Assembly (NCBI GenBank): GCA_036960485.1
Contig: JBALXS010000016.1
Location: 634-64,633, forward strand
Direction of reading: 5' to 3'
From: Oceanospirillaceae bacterium
GTDB lineage: Bacteria > Pseudomonadota > Gammaproteobacteria > Pseudomonadales > Balneatricaceae
Length of the DNA stretch: 64,000 nucleotides
Part shown: positions 28,421 through 38,818 of the stretch, piece by piece
How positions within the stretch are numbered: the stretch's first letter is position 1
Layout: each line of letters starts with the position of its first letter
Made by a program: the position numbers and the translations under genes
Notes under the pieces: model-generated
Seen by the model: only the letters and a program-made list of their open reading frames with translations
Databases searched by the model: none
What the model was told of the DNA's origin: nothing

Positions 28421-29263
28421 ATGTACGATAAATCACTTGAGCCAATATCAGCGATGATGGATGGTGAAATTGAAGAGTTTGAGCTACGCAGAGTTATAGA
28501 ACGTACTTCAAATGATCAAGAGTTGCAAAATAAGTGGCTTAGATATCATTTAGCTCAAGATGTTATGAAAGGACGAGAAGTTCAAGTAACTCAAAAAATT
28601 GATTTAGTGGCTAGAGTAAGCGCTACGTTAGAGTCAGAGCCGAGCTATAGCTCTGCAACTGCTGCACAAGAGCCGAAGCCAGTAAGTAGCAATGATCGCC
28701 AAAGTGATACTCAATGGTGGAAACCATTGGCAAGTATGGCAATGGCTGCTTCAGTGACAGCGGTAGTGTTATTAGGCGCGCAGCAGTATGGTGCAGATCC
28801 AATAGCTCAACCTAGCAGTGAATTGGCAGGAGTTGGCTTAAATAGTAGCTTCCCTAAAAGTCGTTTTGGTAATGAGTTATCAACGGTGTCTGCTAAAACT
28901 GTGCAGCCTGCTGAGGTTCGTAATGCTTATGGAATGGAGCAATATATACAAAAGCATCAAGATTTAACTTACGGGCAAGCAGCAAATTGGCAAGTTAATT
29001 GGCTTCCTGAAGGTTATCAAGAACTAAAGCATAGAGTAACAGCTAAATCAGAAGTGCTACTTTATAAAAATGGTGAGTCAACAGTATCTGTGAATATAGA
29101 GCCTTTGGGGACACAAGTTGCTTCTCAGGGTGTCTCGGGAACCGATGACTTATTAGCTTATGGTGTACGTTCAGGTGATAGTTTTATAACTATTGTCGGG
29201 CAAGTTTCATCAAAGCAGGCAGCAAAAATAGCGGCATCGATTGGCGTCGCTAAAGCTCAATAG
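28421..29263 (+). CDS. rseA: Anti-sigmaE factor RseA/MucA fused to a MucB/RseB C-terminal-like domain
   Basis: RseA_N (ISAMMDGE, WLRYHL), TM aa ~103-120, helix MEQYIQKH, then WQVNWLPEGY...LLYKNG..TVSVNIEP...ITIVGQV...AAKIAASI. Confidence 0.85.
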   Translation: MYDKSLEPISAMMDGEIEEFELRRVIERTSNDQELQNKWLRYHLAQDVMKGREVQVTQKIDLVARVSATLESEPSYSSATAAQEPKPVSSNDRQSDTQWWKPLASMAMAASVTAVVLLGAQQYGADPIAQPSSELAGVGLNSSFPKSRFGNELSTVSAKTVQPAEVRNAYGMEQYIQKHQDLTYGQAANWQVNWLPEGYQELKHRVTAKSEVLLYKNGESTVSVNIEPLGTQVASQGVSGTDDLLAYGVRSGDSFITIVGQVSSKQAAKIAASIGVAKAQ

Positions 29264-29636
29264 CCGGAAATTCAATCAATAGTGATAAGCTAAGTGATTG
29301 TGAGTAAGTTTTCAGCTTGTTATTTAGAGTTTCTTAAATTGAATCTATTCCCCTGTATATTTGATTTAAGAAATTCTGCTTGGTATTTTTTGATAGGCAC
29401 AATCGTTAAAAGTAGTCATTCTTGTGATATCAAATTTATCACTCAAGCTTAGCGGTTTTCTGTCACTAGTATTTGTTAAGAAGCTTACTTTATAGTTACT
29501 TAGCAAATTGAGCGTTATAATGTCGACCATTTCTAAAGTAATGACTCCCACCTATATTTTAAAATTACGTTGCTATTCATAAAATAGTGTCTAACCTGAA
29601 TTTTCTCCCATAATAGATTGATGAAGTAAATAAAAG

Positions 29637-30074
29637 ATGATCGAAGAGAAAGCATTAATCGTAGCGATATCTGAAAACGAGGTAACAATAGCGGCTGCCA
29701 GAAATTCTGCTTGTGGCCAGTGCGCCTCTAAAAGCGATTGTGGTCAAAGTTCGATTGCACAGTGGGCGGCGTCAAAAATGGTTAATATGGAAGTCAAAAA
29801 ACCACTTAATTTAGCTCTAGAAATTGGAGATACAGTGCTAGTAGGGATTAACGAACAAAGCTTTTTAAAAGCCTCTTTACTGCTGTATTTTTTGCCTTTA
29901 GTAGTGATGTTTATAGCAGGTGCCCTTGCTACGAGTGTAGATGCTTTAGAGTGGCAGGTAATTGTATCGGCTTTTTTAGGTTTGTTCTGGAGTTTTTATT
30001 TGGTTCGATTAGTCAGTAAAAAGCTTGAGCAGCGTTCTGTTTATCAAATGCTTATTTTAGATGTTGTAAAGTAA
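29637..30074 (+). CDS. rseC: RseC/MucC family protein
   Basis: MIEEKALIV, SACGQCASKSDCG cysteine motif, LLYFLPL. Confidence 0.92.
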   Translation: MIEEKALIVAISENEVTIAAARNSACGQCASKSDCGQSSIAQWAASKMVNMEVKKPLNLALEIGDTVLVGINEQSFLKASLLLYFLPLVVMFIAGALATSVDALEWQVIVSAFLGLFWSFYLVRLVSKKLEQRSVYQMLILDVVK

Positions 30075-30137
30075 GTGTAATGCAATAGGTAATACCTAGT
30101 TATGAGTTCAAACAACTATTTTTTTGGAAGGTGCTAA

Positions 30138-31583
30138 ATGATTAGTAAGGCTATTAGCGAGAGCTATTTTAATAATATGTTGAAAGTCGCTCTTTTATCA
30201 TTGTTAACCGTGTTTTTATTAGGGCTCTCATCCCTAAGTTACGCACAACTACCTGATTTTAAATCTTTGGTTAAAGAGTCGTCGCCAGCTGTCGTGAATA
30301 TAGCAACGATAAAGAAGAAGAAAGAATTAAGTGCTTTTGGTTTTAAAGGACCAAAGGGTGAAAATATTCCCGATATATTTAAACCGTTCCTGCCGTCGCC
30401 AAATCAGCCTAAATCTCCTGAAGGTAAAGATAAGCCGGAATCTTTAGGGTCGGGGTTTATTATTAGTCAAGATGGTTATGTTTTAACAAATCATCATGTT
30501 GTGAAAGATGCTGAAAAAGTAATTGTTCGACTAAATGATAGGAGGGAGCTGGAAGCGAAAATTATAGGCTCAGATAAGCGTTCAGATATAGCCCTTCTTA
30601 AAATCGATGCAAAACAATTGCCTATCGTGAAAATCGGAAGCTCAGCGAAACTTGAATCAGGAGAGTGGGTTTTGGCAATAGGCTCTCCGTTTGGTTTTGA
30701 TCACTCAGTAACGGCAGGTATTGTCAGTGCTACAGGGCGTGCTTTGCGCAGTGAAACATATGTACCTTTTATTCAAACAGATGTGGCAATTAACCCAGGT
30801 AATTCTGGAGGGCCTCTGTTTAATCTAGCAGGTGAAGTGGTCGGCATTAATTCGCAAATATATACTAGGTCTGGCGGTTTTATGGGATTGTCTTTTGCTA
30901 TCCCTATTGATATAGCGATGAATGTGGTCGATCAACTAAGGGATAAAGGTTTTGTTAGTCGTGGCTGGTTAGGAGTTATTATTCAAGAGGTAAGTAAAGA
31001 CTTAGCTGAATCTTTCGGTTTGGAAAAAGCTGAAGGAGCACTAGTGGTCAAAGTATTACCTAACAGCCCTGCGCAAAAGGGTGGCTTACAAGAAGGCGAT
31101 ATTATTCTTAAATTCGAAGGTAACGCAATTAACCTTTCTGCTGACTTGCCACATAAGGTAGGTGTTGTGCCCCCTGGTAATGAAGCTGAAATGTTGGTTG
31201 TTAGAGGCGGAAAAACGATAGAGCTATCTTTGATTATTGGGGTTTTGCCTAGTGAAAAGAAAGTAATAACGGATAATGAAGCTCCTGAAATTAACACTTT
31301 TGTTGAAAATCCGCTTAGCGTATTGTTAGCGGATCTCACTCAAGAGCAGAAAGAGCAATTTAATCTCAGTAGTGGCGTGCTTGTAAAGCAGTTAAAAGAG
31401 GGTGTGGGTGCTAGAGCTGGGTTGATCCCAACCGATATAATTACTATGTTGAATGGCATTAAGATTCAATCAGTCTCTCATTTACTAACAGTATTGGAAG
31501 AAGTGCCTAAAGGTAAGCAACTAGCGATGAGAATAATACGAAGAGGGTCGCCTTTGTTCATACCGATTAAATTAAACCCGTAG
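30138..31583 (+). CDS. mucD: Do/DegQ-family periplasmic serine protease with two PDZ domains (MucD/DegP)
   Basis: SLGSGFII, LTNHHV, IQTDVAINPGNSGGPL, RGWLGV. Confidence 0.93.
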   Translation: MISKAISESYFNNMLKVALLSLLTVFLLGLSSLSYAQLPDFKSLVKESSPAVVNIATIKKKKELSAFGFKGPKGENIPDIFKPFLPSPNQPKSPEGKDKPESLGSGFIISQDGYVLTNHHVVKDAEKVIVRLNDRRELEAKIIGSDKRSDIALLKIDAKQLPIVKIGSSAKLESGEWVLAIGSPFGFDHSVTAGIVSATGRALRSETYVPFIQTDVAINPGNSGGPLFNLAGEVVGINSQIYTRSGGFMGLSFAIPIDIAMNVVDQLRDKGFVSRGWLGVIIQEVSKDLAESFGLEKAEGALVVKVLPNSPAQKGGLQEGDIILKFEGNAINLSADLPHKVGVVPPGNEAEMLVVRGGKTIELSLIIGVLPSEKKVITDNEAPEINTFVENPLSVLLADLTQEQKEQFNLSSGVLVKQLKEGVGARAGLIPTDIITMLNGIKIQSVSHLLTVLEEVPKGKQLAMRIIRRGSPLFIPIKLNP

Positions 31584-31671
31584 TTTTTATGGGTTGATTG
31601 ATTTGGGATACTTTCTTTAAATGCCCCAAATCAGCTTTTATTGCAGGATTTAATTAATGCAATATTCAAAT

Positions 31672-31695
31672 AACTCTGGCTGTTGCCGGAGTTTT
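31672..31695 (+). terminator. Terminator after mucD
   Basis: AACTCTGGC-TGTT-GCCGGAGTT followed by TT. Confidence 0.6.
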
Positions 31696-31836
31696 GTTTT
31701 TTATAAAGGTTATAAACGAGCACTGTGCACTAAAAGCCACGCTAATTTAAGTTAAACAGGTATCCCAGTGCAGTGTAATAGGATAAAATAGCCCGCTTTT
31801 GTATATATTAACCTTTGTTTAGTTTGAGATGCCATT

Positions 31837-33636
31837 TTGAGTAACCTAGATCATATCCGAAATTTTTCCATTATAGCTCATATAGATCATGGCAAATCAA
31901 CACTGTCCGATCGCTTCATTCAACACTGCGGAGGATTGTCTAGTCGTGAAATGGAGGCTCAAGTTCTTGATTCCATGGATATAGAGCGCGAGCGTGGGAT
32001 TACTATAAAAGCACAAAGTGTAACTTTGGATTATTCTGCAAAGGATGGGAAAGTTTACCAGCTCAATTTTATCGACACTCCAGGGCACGTAGATTTTTCT
32101 TATGAGGTGTCACGCTCTTTAGCTGCTTGCGAGGGTGCACTATTAGTTGTAGATGCTGCACAAGGCGTTGAAGCACAATCGGTTGCGAACTGTTATACAG
32201 CGCTAGAGCAAGGCTTAGAAGTTCTACCAATATTAAATAAAATGGATTTACCGCAAGCCGATCCTGAAAAAGTGCAAGAAGAAATAGAAGAAGTCATTGG
32301 CATCGATGCCACGGATGTTGTGCTTTGTTCAGCAAAAAGCGGCTTAGGTATTGAAGAAGTACTTGAAGCATTAGTTAAAACAATTCCTGCACCAGAAGGT
32401 GATGTTGATGGTGATTTGCAAGCACTTATTATTGACTCATGGTTTGATTCATATTTAGGTGTTGTCTCTTTAGTGCGTGTTAAAAATGGCACTATTCGCA
32501 AAAAAGATAAGATTTACATGAAAACCACAGGGCAAAATTATTTGGTGGACTCTGTGGGTATTTTTACGCCTAAAAGAAAACCAGTTGATAGTCTAAAGGC
32601 TGGCGAAGTAGGTTATATCGTTGCAGGAATTAAAGATATTCACGGTGCTCCTGTGGGGGATACCATTACGCATCTGAAAACCAAAGATACAGAATCATTA
32701 GACGGATTTAAAAAAGTTCAGCCGCAAGTGTATGCTGGATTATTTCCTACAAGTTCTGATGATTATGAAGACTTTCGTGAAGCGTTAGATAAATTGCGTC
32801 TCAATGACGCATCTTTATTCTTTGAACCTGAAAGCTCAGACGCGCTTGGTTTTGGATTTCGCTGCGGCTTTTTAGGCATGCTGCACATGGAAATTATACA
32901 AGAGCGATTAGAGCGCGAATACGATTTAGATTTGATCACTACTGCACCCACTGTTATTTACGAAATAGAATTAAATAACGGCGATGTAGTGCAAATCGAT
33001 AGCCCTTCTAAGCTGCCAGACCCCGCTCGGGTAAAAGGCATGAACGAGCCTGTTGTTAAAGCGAATATCTTAGTTCCTCAAGAATACCTTGGTCATGTAA
33101 TAGGGCTATGTGTTGAAAAAAGAGGTATTCAAAAGCATATATTATATGTGGGTAATCAAGTGCAAGTTAGCTATGAGTTACCCATGGCCGAAGTTGTGTT
33201 AGATTTCTTTGATCGCTTGAAATCAGTGAGCCGTGGTTATGCTTCATTAGAGTACAATTTTATACGTTTTGAACCGGCCCAATTAGTACGAATGGATATT
33301 TTGATAAACGGTGAGAAAGTGGATGCTCTGTCTTTAATTCTACATAAATCGAACTCGCAATATCGTGGTCGATTATTGTGTGACAAAATGAAAGAGCTTA
33401 TTCCTCGTCAAATGTTCGATGTGGCTATTCAGGCAGCGTTAGGCGGTAAAATCATTGCCAGAACAACGGTTAAGGCTTTGCGTAAAAACGTTATCGCTAA
33501 GTGCTATGGTGGTGACGTGAGCCGTAAGAAAAAACTATTACAAAAGCAGAAAGCGGGTAAAAAACGCATGAAGCAAGTTGGTAATGTTGAAATACCACAA
33601 GCCGCTTTCCTTGCTGTATTAAAGATTGATGGTTAA
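31837..33636 (+). CDS. lepA: Elongation factor 4 GTPase
   Basis: [39 protein letters not shown]; TTG start. Confidence 0.98.
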   Translation: MSNLDHIRNFSIIAHIDHGKSTLSDRFIQHCGGLSSREMEAQVLDSMDIERERGITIKAQSVTLDYSAKDGKVYQLNFIDTPGHVDFSYEVSRSLAACEGALLVVDAAQGVEAQSVANCYTALEQGLEVLPILNKMDLPQADPEKVQEEIEEVIGIDATDVVLCSAKSGLGIEEVLEALVKTIPAPEGDVDGDLQALIIDSWFDSYLGVVSLVRVKNGTIRKKDKIYMKTTGQNYLVDSVGIFTPKRKPVDSLKAGEVGYIVAGIKDIHGAPVGDTITHLKTKDTESLDGFKKVQPQVYAGLFPTSSDDYEDFREALDKLRLNDASLFFEPESSDALGFGFRCGFLGMLHMEIIQERLEREYDLDLITTAPTVIYEIELNNGDVVQIDSPSKLPDPARVKGMNEPVVKANILVPQEYLGHVIGLCVEKRGIQKHILYVGNQVQVSYELPMAEVVLDFFDRLKSVSRGYASLEYNFIRFEPAQLVRMDILINGEKVDALSLILHKSNSQYRGRLLCDKMKELIPRQMFDVAIQAALGGKIIARTTVKALRKNVIAKCYGGDVSRKKKLLQKQKAGKKRMKQVGNVEIPQAAFLAVLKIDG

Positions 33637-33727
33637 TCAGTTTTAATCTATATCGTCGATAGCTATATGGAACGTGGATTTATTAAGTTAAAAATAAAGT
33701 TTTTAATTGAAAATGAAAGGACAGTAA

Positions 33728-34528
33728 ATGAATTTTGATTTTGCCTTAGTGTTAGTAGTACTTACTTTGGTGGCAGGTATAGGCTGGTTTGTAGATAAAA
33801 TCTGGTTTGCAGCGGATAGGCAAGATAGATTGGATGCCGCTGTTAAAGCAGCTCCGCAAGCTTTGAGTGAAGAGCAAATTCAAGGGATTGAAAATCTACC
33901 TGTATGGGCTGATTTATCGCGCTCAATGTTTCCAGTACTTGCTTTTGTATTAGTACTTAGATCATTTATTGTAGAGCCTTTTCAGATTCCATCAGGGTCG
34001 ATGATTCCGACATTAAAAATCGGCGATTTTATTTTGGTAAATAAATTTAGTTATGGGCTTCGTTTGCCAGTAATTAATACCAAAATCGTTCCTATTAACG
34101 ATCCTCAGCGCGGTGATGTAGTTGTATTTAAGTTTCCAGGTGACCCATCAGTGAACTATATTAAACGGCTAGTTGGTTTGCCTGGTGATGTTATTGCATA
34201 TCACGATAAAATCATTTACGTAAACGGTGTAGCACAAAAGCAGACATTTGTTGCTAATTTAGCACCTGACACGCTAATGGATGAGAGTTTATCAGGCGTA
34301 GAGCATCAAATTTACAACACTGGGGTGCGCATCGGTAAAGAAGGCGAGTGGACAGTGCCAGCAGGTAAGTATTTCGTCATGGGCGATAACCGTGATAATA
34401 GTAACGACAGCCGTTATTGGGGGTTTGTGCCAGATTCACTAATGGTTGGTAAAGCATTTGCGGTTTGGATGCATTGGCCTGAATTTTTAAGCATCCCCGA
34501 TGTAAGTGCTGCACGATTGATCAAATAG
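33728..34528 (+). CDS. lepB: Signal peptidase I
   Basis: EPFQIPSGSM, YIKRLVGLPGD, GDNRDNSNDSRYWG. Confidence 0.97.
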   Translation: MNFDFALVLVVLTLVAGIGWFVDKIWFAADRQDRLDAAVKAAPQALSEEQIQGIENLPVWADLSRSMFPVLAFVLVLRSFIVEPFQIPSGSMIPTLKIGDFILVNKFSYGLRLPVINTKIVPINDPQRGDVVVFKFPGDPSVNYIKRLVGLPGDVIAYHDKIIYVNGVAQKQTFVANLAPDTLMDESLSGVEHQIYNTGVRIGKEGEWTVPAGKYFVMGDNRDNSNDSRYWGFVPDSLMVGKAFAVWMHWPEFLSIPDVSAARLIK

Positions 34529-34583
34529 AATGTTCGCATAAGTTTAATAAAATGAAACTGTAAAGATAAACGAAGTTATAACA

Positions 34584-35276
34584 TTGATAATTAAATCACC
34601 TGAAGTATTGATGCGTCGCATCAACTACCAATTCAAAGATAGTAGTCTTTGTGAATTGGCTCTCACGCATAGAAGCTGTGGGAAAAAGAATAATGAACGT
34701 TTAGAGTTTCTAGGAGATTCAATCGTCAATTTTGTCATCGCCGAGGATTTATTTAAACGTTTCCCTGCCGCTAAGGAAGGGCAGTTAAGCCGTTTACGCG
34801 CTCAGATGGTAAAAGGTAAAACTCTTGCTGAAATTGCTAGAGATATGGAAATGGGTGACTACCTGCGTTTAGGCTCTGGAGAGCTTAAAAGTGGTGGATG
34901 TCGTCGGGAATCTATTTTAGCCGATTCAGTAGAATCACTGATTGGTGCTATTTATCTCGATTCAGATATGGATGTCGTTAGGTATCATATTCTTGCTTGG
35001 TTTGAAACACGCTTAAGTTTATTGAGTTTAGATCAAACAATGAAAGACTCTAAGACTCGATTACAAGAATTCTTACAAAGTCGGAGACTTGCATTGCCTG
35101 AGTATGATTTAGAAAATGTCAAAGGCGACGCGCATGATCAGACTTTCTATATAAAATGTACTATTTCCGAATTGGCGAGCCCTACTTTCGGCGTCGCAAA
35201 TAGTAGAAGACAAGCAGAACAAGAATCAGCTAAAGCGGCTCTTGAGCAGTTAGAAATACAAGGTGTAAAAATATGA
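34584..35276 (+). CDS. rnc: Ribonuclease III
   Basis: NERLEFLGD signature plus C-terminal dsRBD. Confidence 0.97.
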   Translation: MIIKSPEVLMRRINYQFKDSSLCELALTHRSCGKKNNERLEFLGDSIVNFVIAEDLFKRFPAAKEGQLSRLRAQMVKGKTLAEIARDMEMGDYLRLGSGELKSGGCRRESILADSVESLIGAIYLDSDMDVVRYHILAWFETRLSLLSLDQTMKDSKTRLQEFLQSRRLALPEYDLENVKGDAHDQTFYIKCTISELASPTFGVANSRRQAEQESAKAALEQLEIQGVKI

Positions 35277-36211
35277 GCGACAACCTATTAAATGACTTTT
35301 TTACCGCTGAAGGTAAGCTAGATCAAAAGTGTGGCTTTGTCGCCATCGTAGGTCGCCCAAATATGGGTAAATCTACTTTAATGAATACAATATTGGGTCA
35401 AAAGCTCAGTATTACTTCGAAAAAACCGCAAACTACTCGGCATCAAATTTTTGGTATTAAAACTGAAAAAGACCGACAAGTGGTGTATGTAGATACACCA
35501 GGTTTACATAAAGAAAAAGATATTGCGCTTAACCGGTACATGAATAAAGCGGCTACTGAGGCATTACGTGGCGTTGACCTAGTGGTTTTTATTATAGATA
35601 GAACAGCTTGGACTGAAGAAGACCAAATAGTGCTAGAAAAAGTCAGGCACAGCCCTTGCCCTGTTATATTGGTTATCAATAAAGTTGATCAATTGGCAGA
35701 TAAAAGCGATCTTTTTCCACAGATGGAAAAAGTGTCAGCGATGATGGACTTTGCCGAAATCATGCCGATTTCAGCTAAAGTAGGCACCAACGTTGATAAG
35801 CTAGAAGGTTTAATTAATAGTTATATGCCTGATGGTGAACATCACTTCCCTGGAGATCAAATCACTGATAAAAGTGGCCGCTTCATGGTTGCTGAAATTG
35901 TGCGTGAAAAAGTTATGCGCAACGTCGGTGATGAAGTACCTTATGGTGCGACGGTTGAAATAGAAGAATTTATCCGTGATAGTGAGCTCTTGACTATAAG
36001 TGCATTAATTTTAGTAGAACGAGAAGGCCAAAAAAGGATTTTGATTGGTGATAAAGGCGATCGAATGAAAACCATAGGTCGCGATGCACGTTTAGATATA
36101 GAGCACTTATATGAATCTAAAGTGATGTTAAAGCTCTGGGTTAAAGTGCGCAGAGGTTGGGCAGATGATGAACGAGCACTGCGCAGTTTAGGTTATGATT
36201 TAAATCCGTAA
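35273..36211 (+). CDS. era: GTPase Era
   Basis: [19 protein letters not shown] domain; ATGA overlap with rnc. Confidence 0.97.
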   Translation: MSDNLLNDFFTAEGKLDQKCGFVAIVGRPNMGKSTLMNTILGQKLSITSKKPQTTRHQIFGIKTEKDRQVVYVDTPGLHKEKDIALNRYMNKAATEALRGVDLVVFIIDRTAWTEEDQIVLEKVRHSPCPVILVINKVDQLADKSDLFPQMEKVSAMMDFAEIMPISAKVGTNVDKLEGLINSYMPDGEHHFPGDQITDKSGRFMVAEIVREKVMRNVGDEVPYGATVEIEEFIRDSELLTISALILVEREGQKRILIGDKGDRMKTIGRDARLDIEHLYESKVMLKLWVKVRRGWADDERALRSLGYDLNP

Positions 36212-36364
36212 CGATTTATAGTAACTAATATCGAAAACTTGTTCTTTAGGCAAAATTACTCGCTGTATTAAAAAATGCTAGAGCTGAGTAATATACGGAT
36301 TGAAATTGTTTTAGCGTTATTGAAACTATATATAGTTTTACATGAAGGCTAACTAGGTGATTTA

Positions 36365-37066
36365 TTGAAGTATCGTGTTGAAGGGCAAGCAGCTTACGTA
36401 TTGCATACTCGACCATATCGAGATAGCAGTGCAATAGTAGAATTGTTCACTTTAGAGCATGGCAGAATCGGTGCAGTGAGTCGTGGAATGCGCCGTCCCA
36501 GCTCTAAATCCAGAGCAATTTTACAATCTTTTGTCCCTCTTCAAGTTGCATGGCAGGGACGTAATGACCTAAAAACCTTAACTTTAATAGAAAGTACTGG
36601 GCATATAGGCTTGTTATCAGGCAAAGCATTAATCTGTGGTTTGTACGTAAACGAATTATTGTTGAAATTATTACCTGTTTTTGAACCTTATCCAAAACTC
36701 TTCGTATATTATCAGTATTTAATTACAGCCTTGGTTAATCAAGATATAGAAATACCATTACGCATTTTTGAGAGAAAGCTAATAAGTGTTTTAGGTTATG
36801 CGATTGATCTCTCAGGTATCGATGTATCTAGTGTTTATTTTTTCGATCCAATTCAACTTGTTTTAAAAAAAATTGTCACTATAGAAGATGATTATAAAGC
36901 ACGTTGTTTTTTAGGCGAGCATTTAAAGGCGATTGCTAATGACGACTATCCCTGCAAGGCAGTACGCATGAGTGCTAAACGGTTTAATCGTTTACAAATA
37001 GATAACTTGCTGCAAGGTAAAGAGCTTAACAGTCGCCAGTTACTCAACGTTAAGCCGCGCAGTTAA
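36365..37066 (+). CDS. recO: DNA repair protein RecO
   Basis: AYVLHTRPYRDSS, CGLYVNELL; follows era. Confidence 0.93.
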   Translation: MKYRVEGQAAYVLHTRPYRDSSAIVELFTLEHGRIGAVSRGMRRPSSKSRAILQSFVPLQVAWQGRNDLKTLTLIESTGHIGLLSGKALICGLYVNELLLKLLPVFEPYPKLFVYYQYLITALVNQDIEIPLRIFERKLISVLGYAIDLSGIDVSSVYFFDPIQLVLKKIVTIEDDYKARCFLGEHLKAIANDDYPCKAVRMSAKRFNRLQIDNLLQGKELNSRQLLNVKPRS

Positions 37067-37114
37067 TATTGGTTGATCTAGATGAATTCATACGCGCTAG
37101 GTAGATGATAAAAA

Positions 37115-37486
37115 ATGATTAAAGGTATAGGCACCGATTTACTCAAGATTTCGCGTATTGAAAAAGTACTAACGCGTAATGTTAAATTTGCAGAGCGAAT
37201 TTTAACCCCAGCAGAATTAGCTGAATTTACAATGTCTACGCAGCCCGCCCGCTACTTGGCAAAACGCTTTGCAGCTAAAGAGGCGGTTGTTAAAGCTTTA
37301 GGCACGGGAATTGGTAATGGTGTGGGCTGGCAACATATTGAAATAGTTAAAGATGAATTAGGTAAGCCTTTAGTGATACTTAGCTTAGGTGCAAAGCAAA
37401 GAGCAAAACTATTAAAGGCCACGCATTGCCATTTGTCTTACAGTGATGAACGCGAATTTGTGGTTGCTATGGCTGTATTAGAATAG
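37115..37486 (+). CDS. acpS: Holo-ACP synthase
   Basis: GIGTD, AKRFAAKEA, HLSYSDE. Confidence 0.95.
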   Translation: MIKGIGTDLLKISRIEKVLTRNVKFAERILTPAELAEFTMSTQPARYLAKRFAAKEAVVKALGTGIGNGVGWQHIEIVKDELGKPLVILSLGAKQRAKLLKATHCHLSYSDEREFVVAMAVLE

Positions 37487-37637
37487 AGTTTCTAGCTTAT
37501 TACGGATGAAATCACCTTGGTTAAGTAAATTACTTAATTAAGCCGTTGGATTACATGCTTGTTGTACCCGAGATAACTTTATAAAACCAAAGCACATATC
37601 TATATATGTGACTGTGTATAAATAAAAAGGTTAAGTG

Positions 37638-38531
37638 ATGACAAAAAAATTTCCTACAATTGAAGATTATATTGGCAACACTCCGCTGGTTAGATTGCAG
37701 CGTCTCGAAGTGGCTAATAATAATATTGTACTATGTAAATTAGAAGGTAATAACCCAGCCGGTTCCGTCAAAGATCGCCCGGCAATGTCGATGATAAATC
37801 GTGCCGAAGAGCGCGGAGATATTAAATTAGGAGATACTATCATTGAAGCGACCTCAGGGAATACCGGTATAGCTTTAGCTATGGCGGCAGCGATTAAAGG
37901 CTATAAAATGGTACTAATCATGCCAGATAATATGAGTGCAGAACGAAAAACATCAATGAGTGCTTATGGTGCGAAACTGATTGAAGTTAGTGCCGAGCAA
38001 GGTATGGAATACGCCCGAGATTTAGCTAAGCAAATGCACGAACGCGGCGAAGGCGTCGTTTTAGATCAATTCTCTAATGCTGATAACCCTATTGCGCACT
38101 ATGAAGGAACAGGTCCTGAAATATGGCGTCAAACTGATGGGAGAATTACGCATTTTGTAAGTTCTATGGGTACAACAGGAACTATCATGGGGACTTCTGC
38201 CTATCTAAAAGAGCAAAACGCTGAGATTGAAATTATTGGCCTACAGCCCGCAGATGGAGCATCTATACCAGGTATACGTCGTTGGCCTAAAGCATACTTA
38301 CCTGAAATTTTTGACGAAGATAAAATTGATACCATATTAGATATTAGCCAACCAGATGCAGAGCAAACTATGCGAGCTTTAGCTACCCAAGAAGGTATTT
38401 TTTGTGGGGTTTCTTCTGGTGGAGCAGTTGCAGGAGCCCTAGAAATAGCAAAGCGTGTAACAGACTCTGTGATCGTTTGTATTATATGTGACCGTGGTGA
38501 TAGGTATTTATCAACTGGGGTTTTTAGATAA
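37638..38531 (+). CDS. cysM: Cysteine synthase B
   Basis: KLEGNNPAGSVKDR, EATSGNTG, SMGTTGT, PGIRRWP, DRGDRYLS. Confidence 0.95.
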   Translation: MTKKFPTIEDYIGNTPLVRLQRLEVANNNIVLCKLEGNNPAGSVKDRPAMSMINRAEERGDIKLGDTIIEATSGNTGIALAMAAAIKGYKMVLIMPDNMSAERKTSMSAYGAKLIEVSAEQGMEYARDLAKQMHERGEGVVLDQFSNADNPIAHYEGTGPEIWRQTDGRITHFVSSMGTTGTIMGTSAYLKEQNAEIEIIGLQPADGASIPGIRRWPKAYLPEIFDEDKIDTILDISQPDAEQTMRALATQEGIFCGVSSGGAVAGALEIAKRVTDSVIVCIICDRGDRYLSTGVFR

Positions 38532-38818
38532 GCAAATAGAATTTACATTTTTAGATTTACTCAAGGTATTACATTTTAACCACACTTTCATAAATACAGT
38601 TTATTTCAACTCGATACTTAAGTGTGCGTTAATCTCATAAAAAATAAATGCGCAAGTTAAAGGTTATTGTGCTGGTGTATATGTGAATAGTTGCAATCTA
38701 TATTAGATATAGAAATATGCAATTAACAATGTGTTTTGCAGAATTTAGTGCAAAAGAAATTCGTAAAACGTGTGAAAATTCAGGTAATTACATTACCAAC
38801 AAGGAGTGGCAAATTGCC

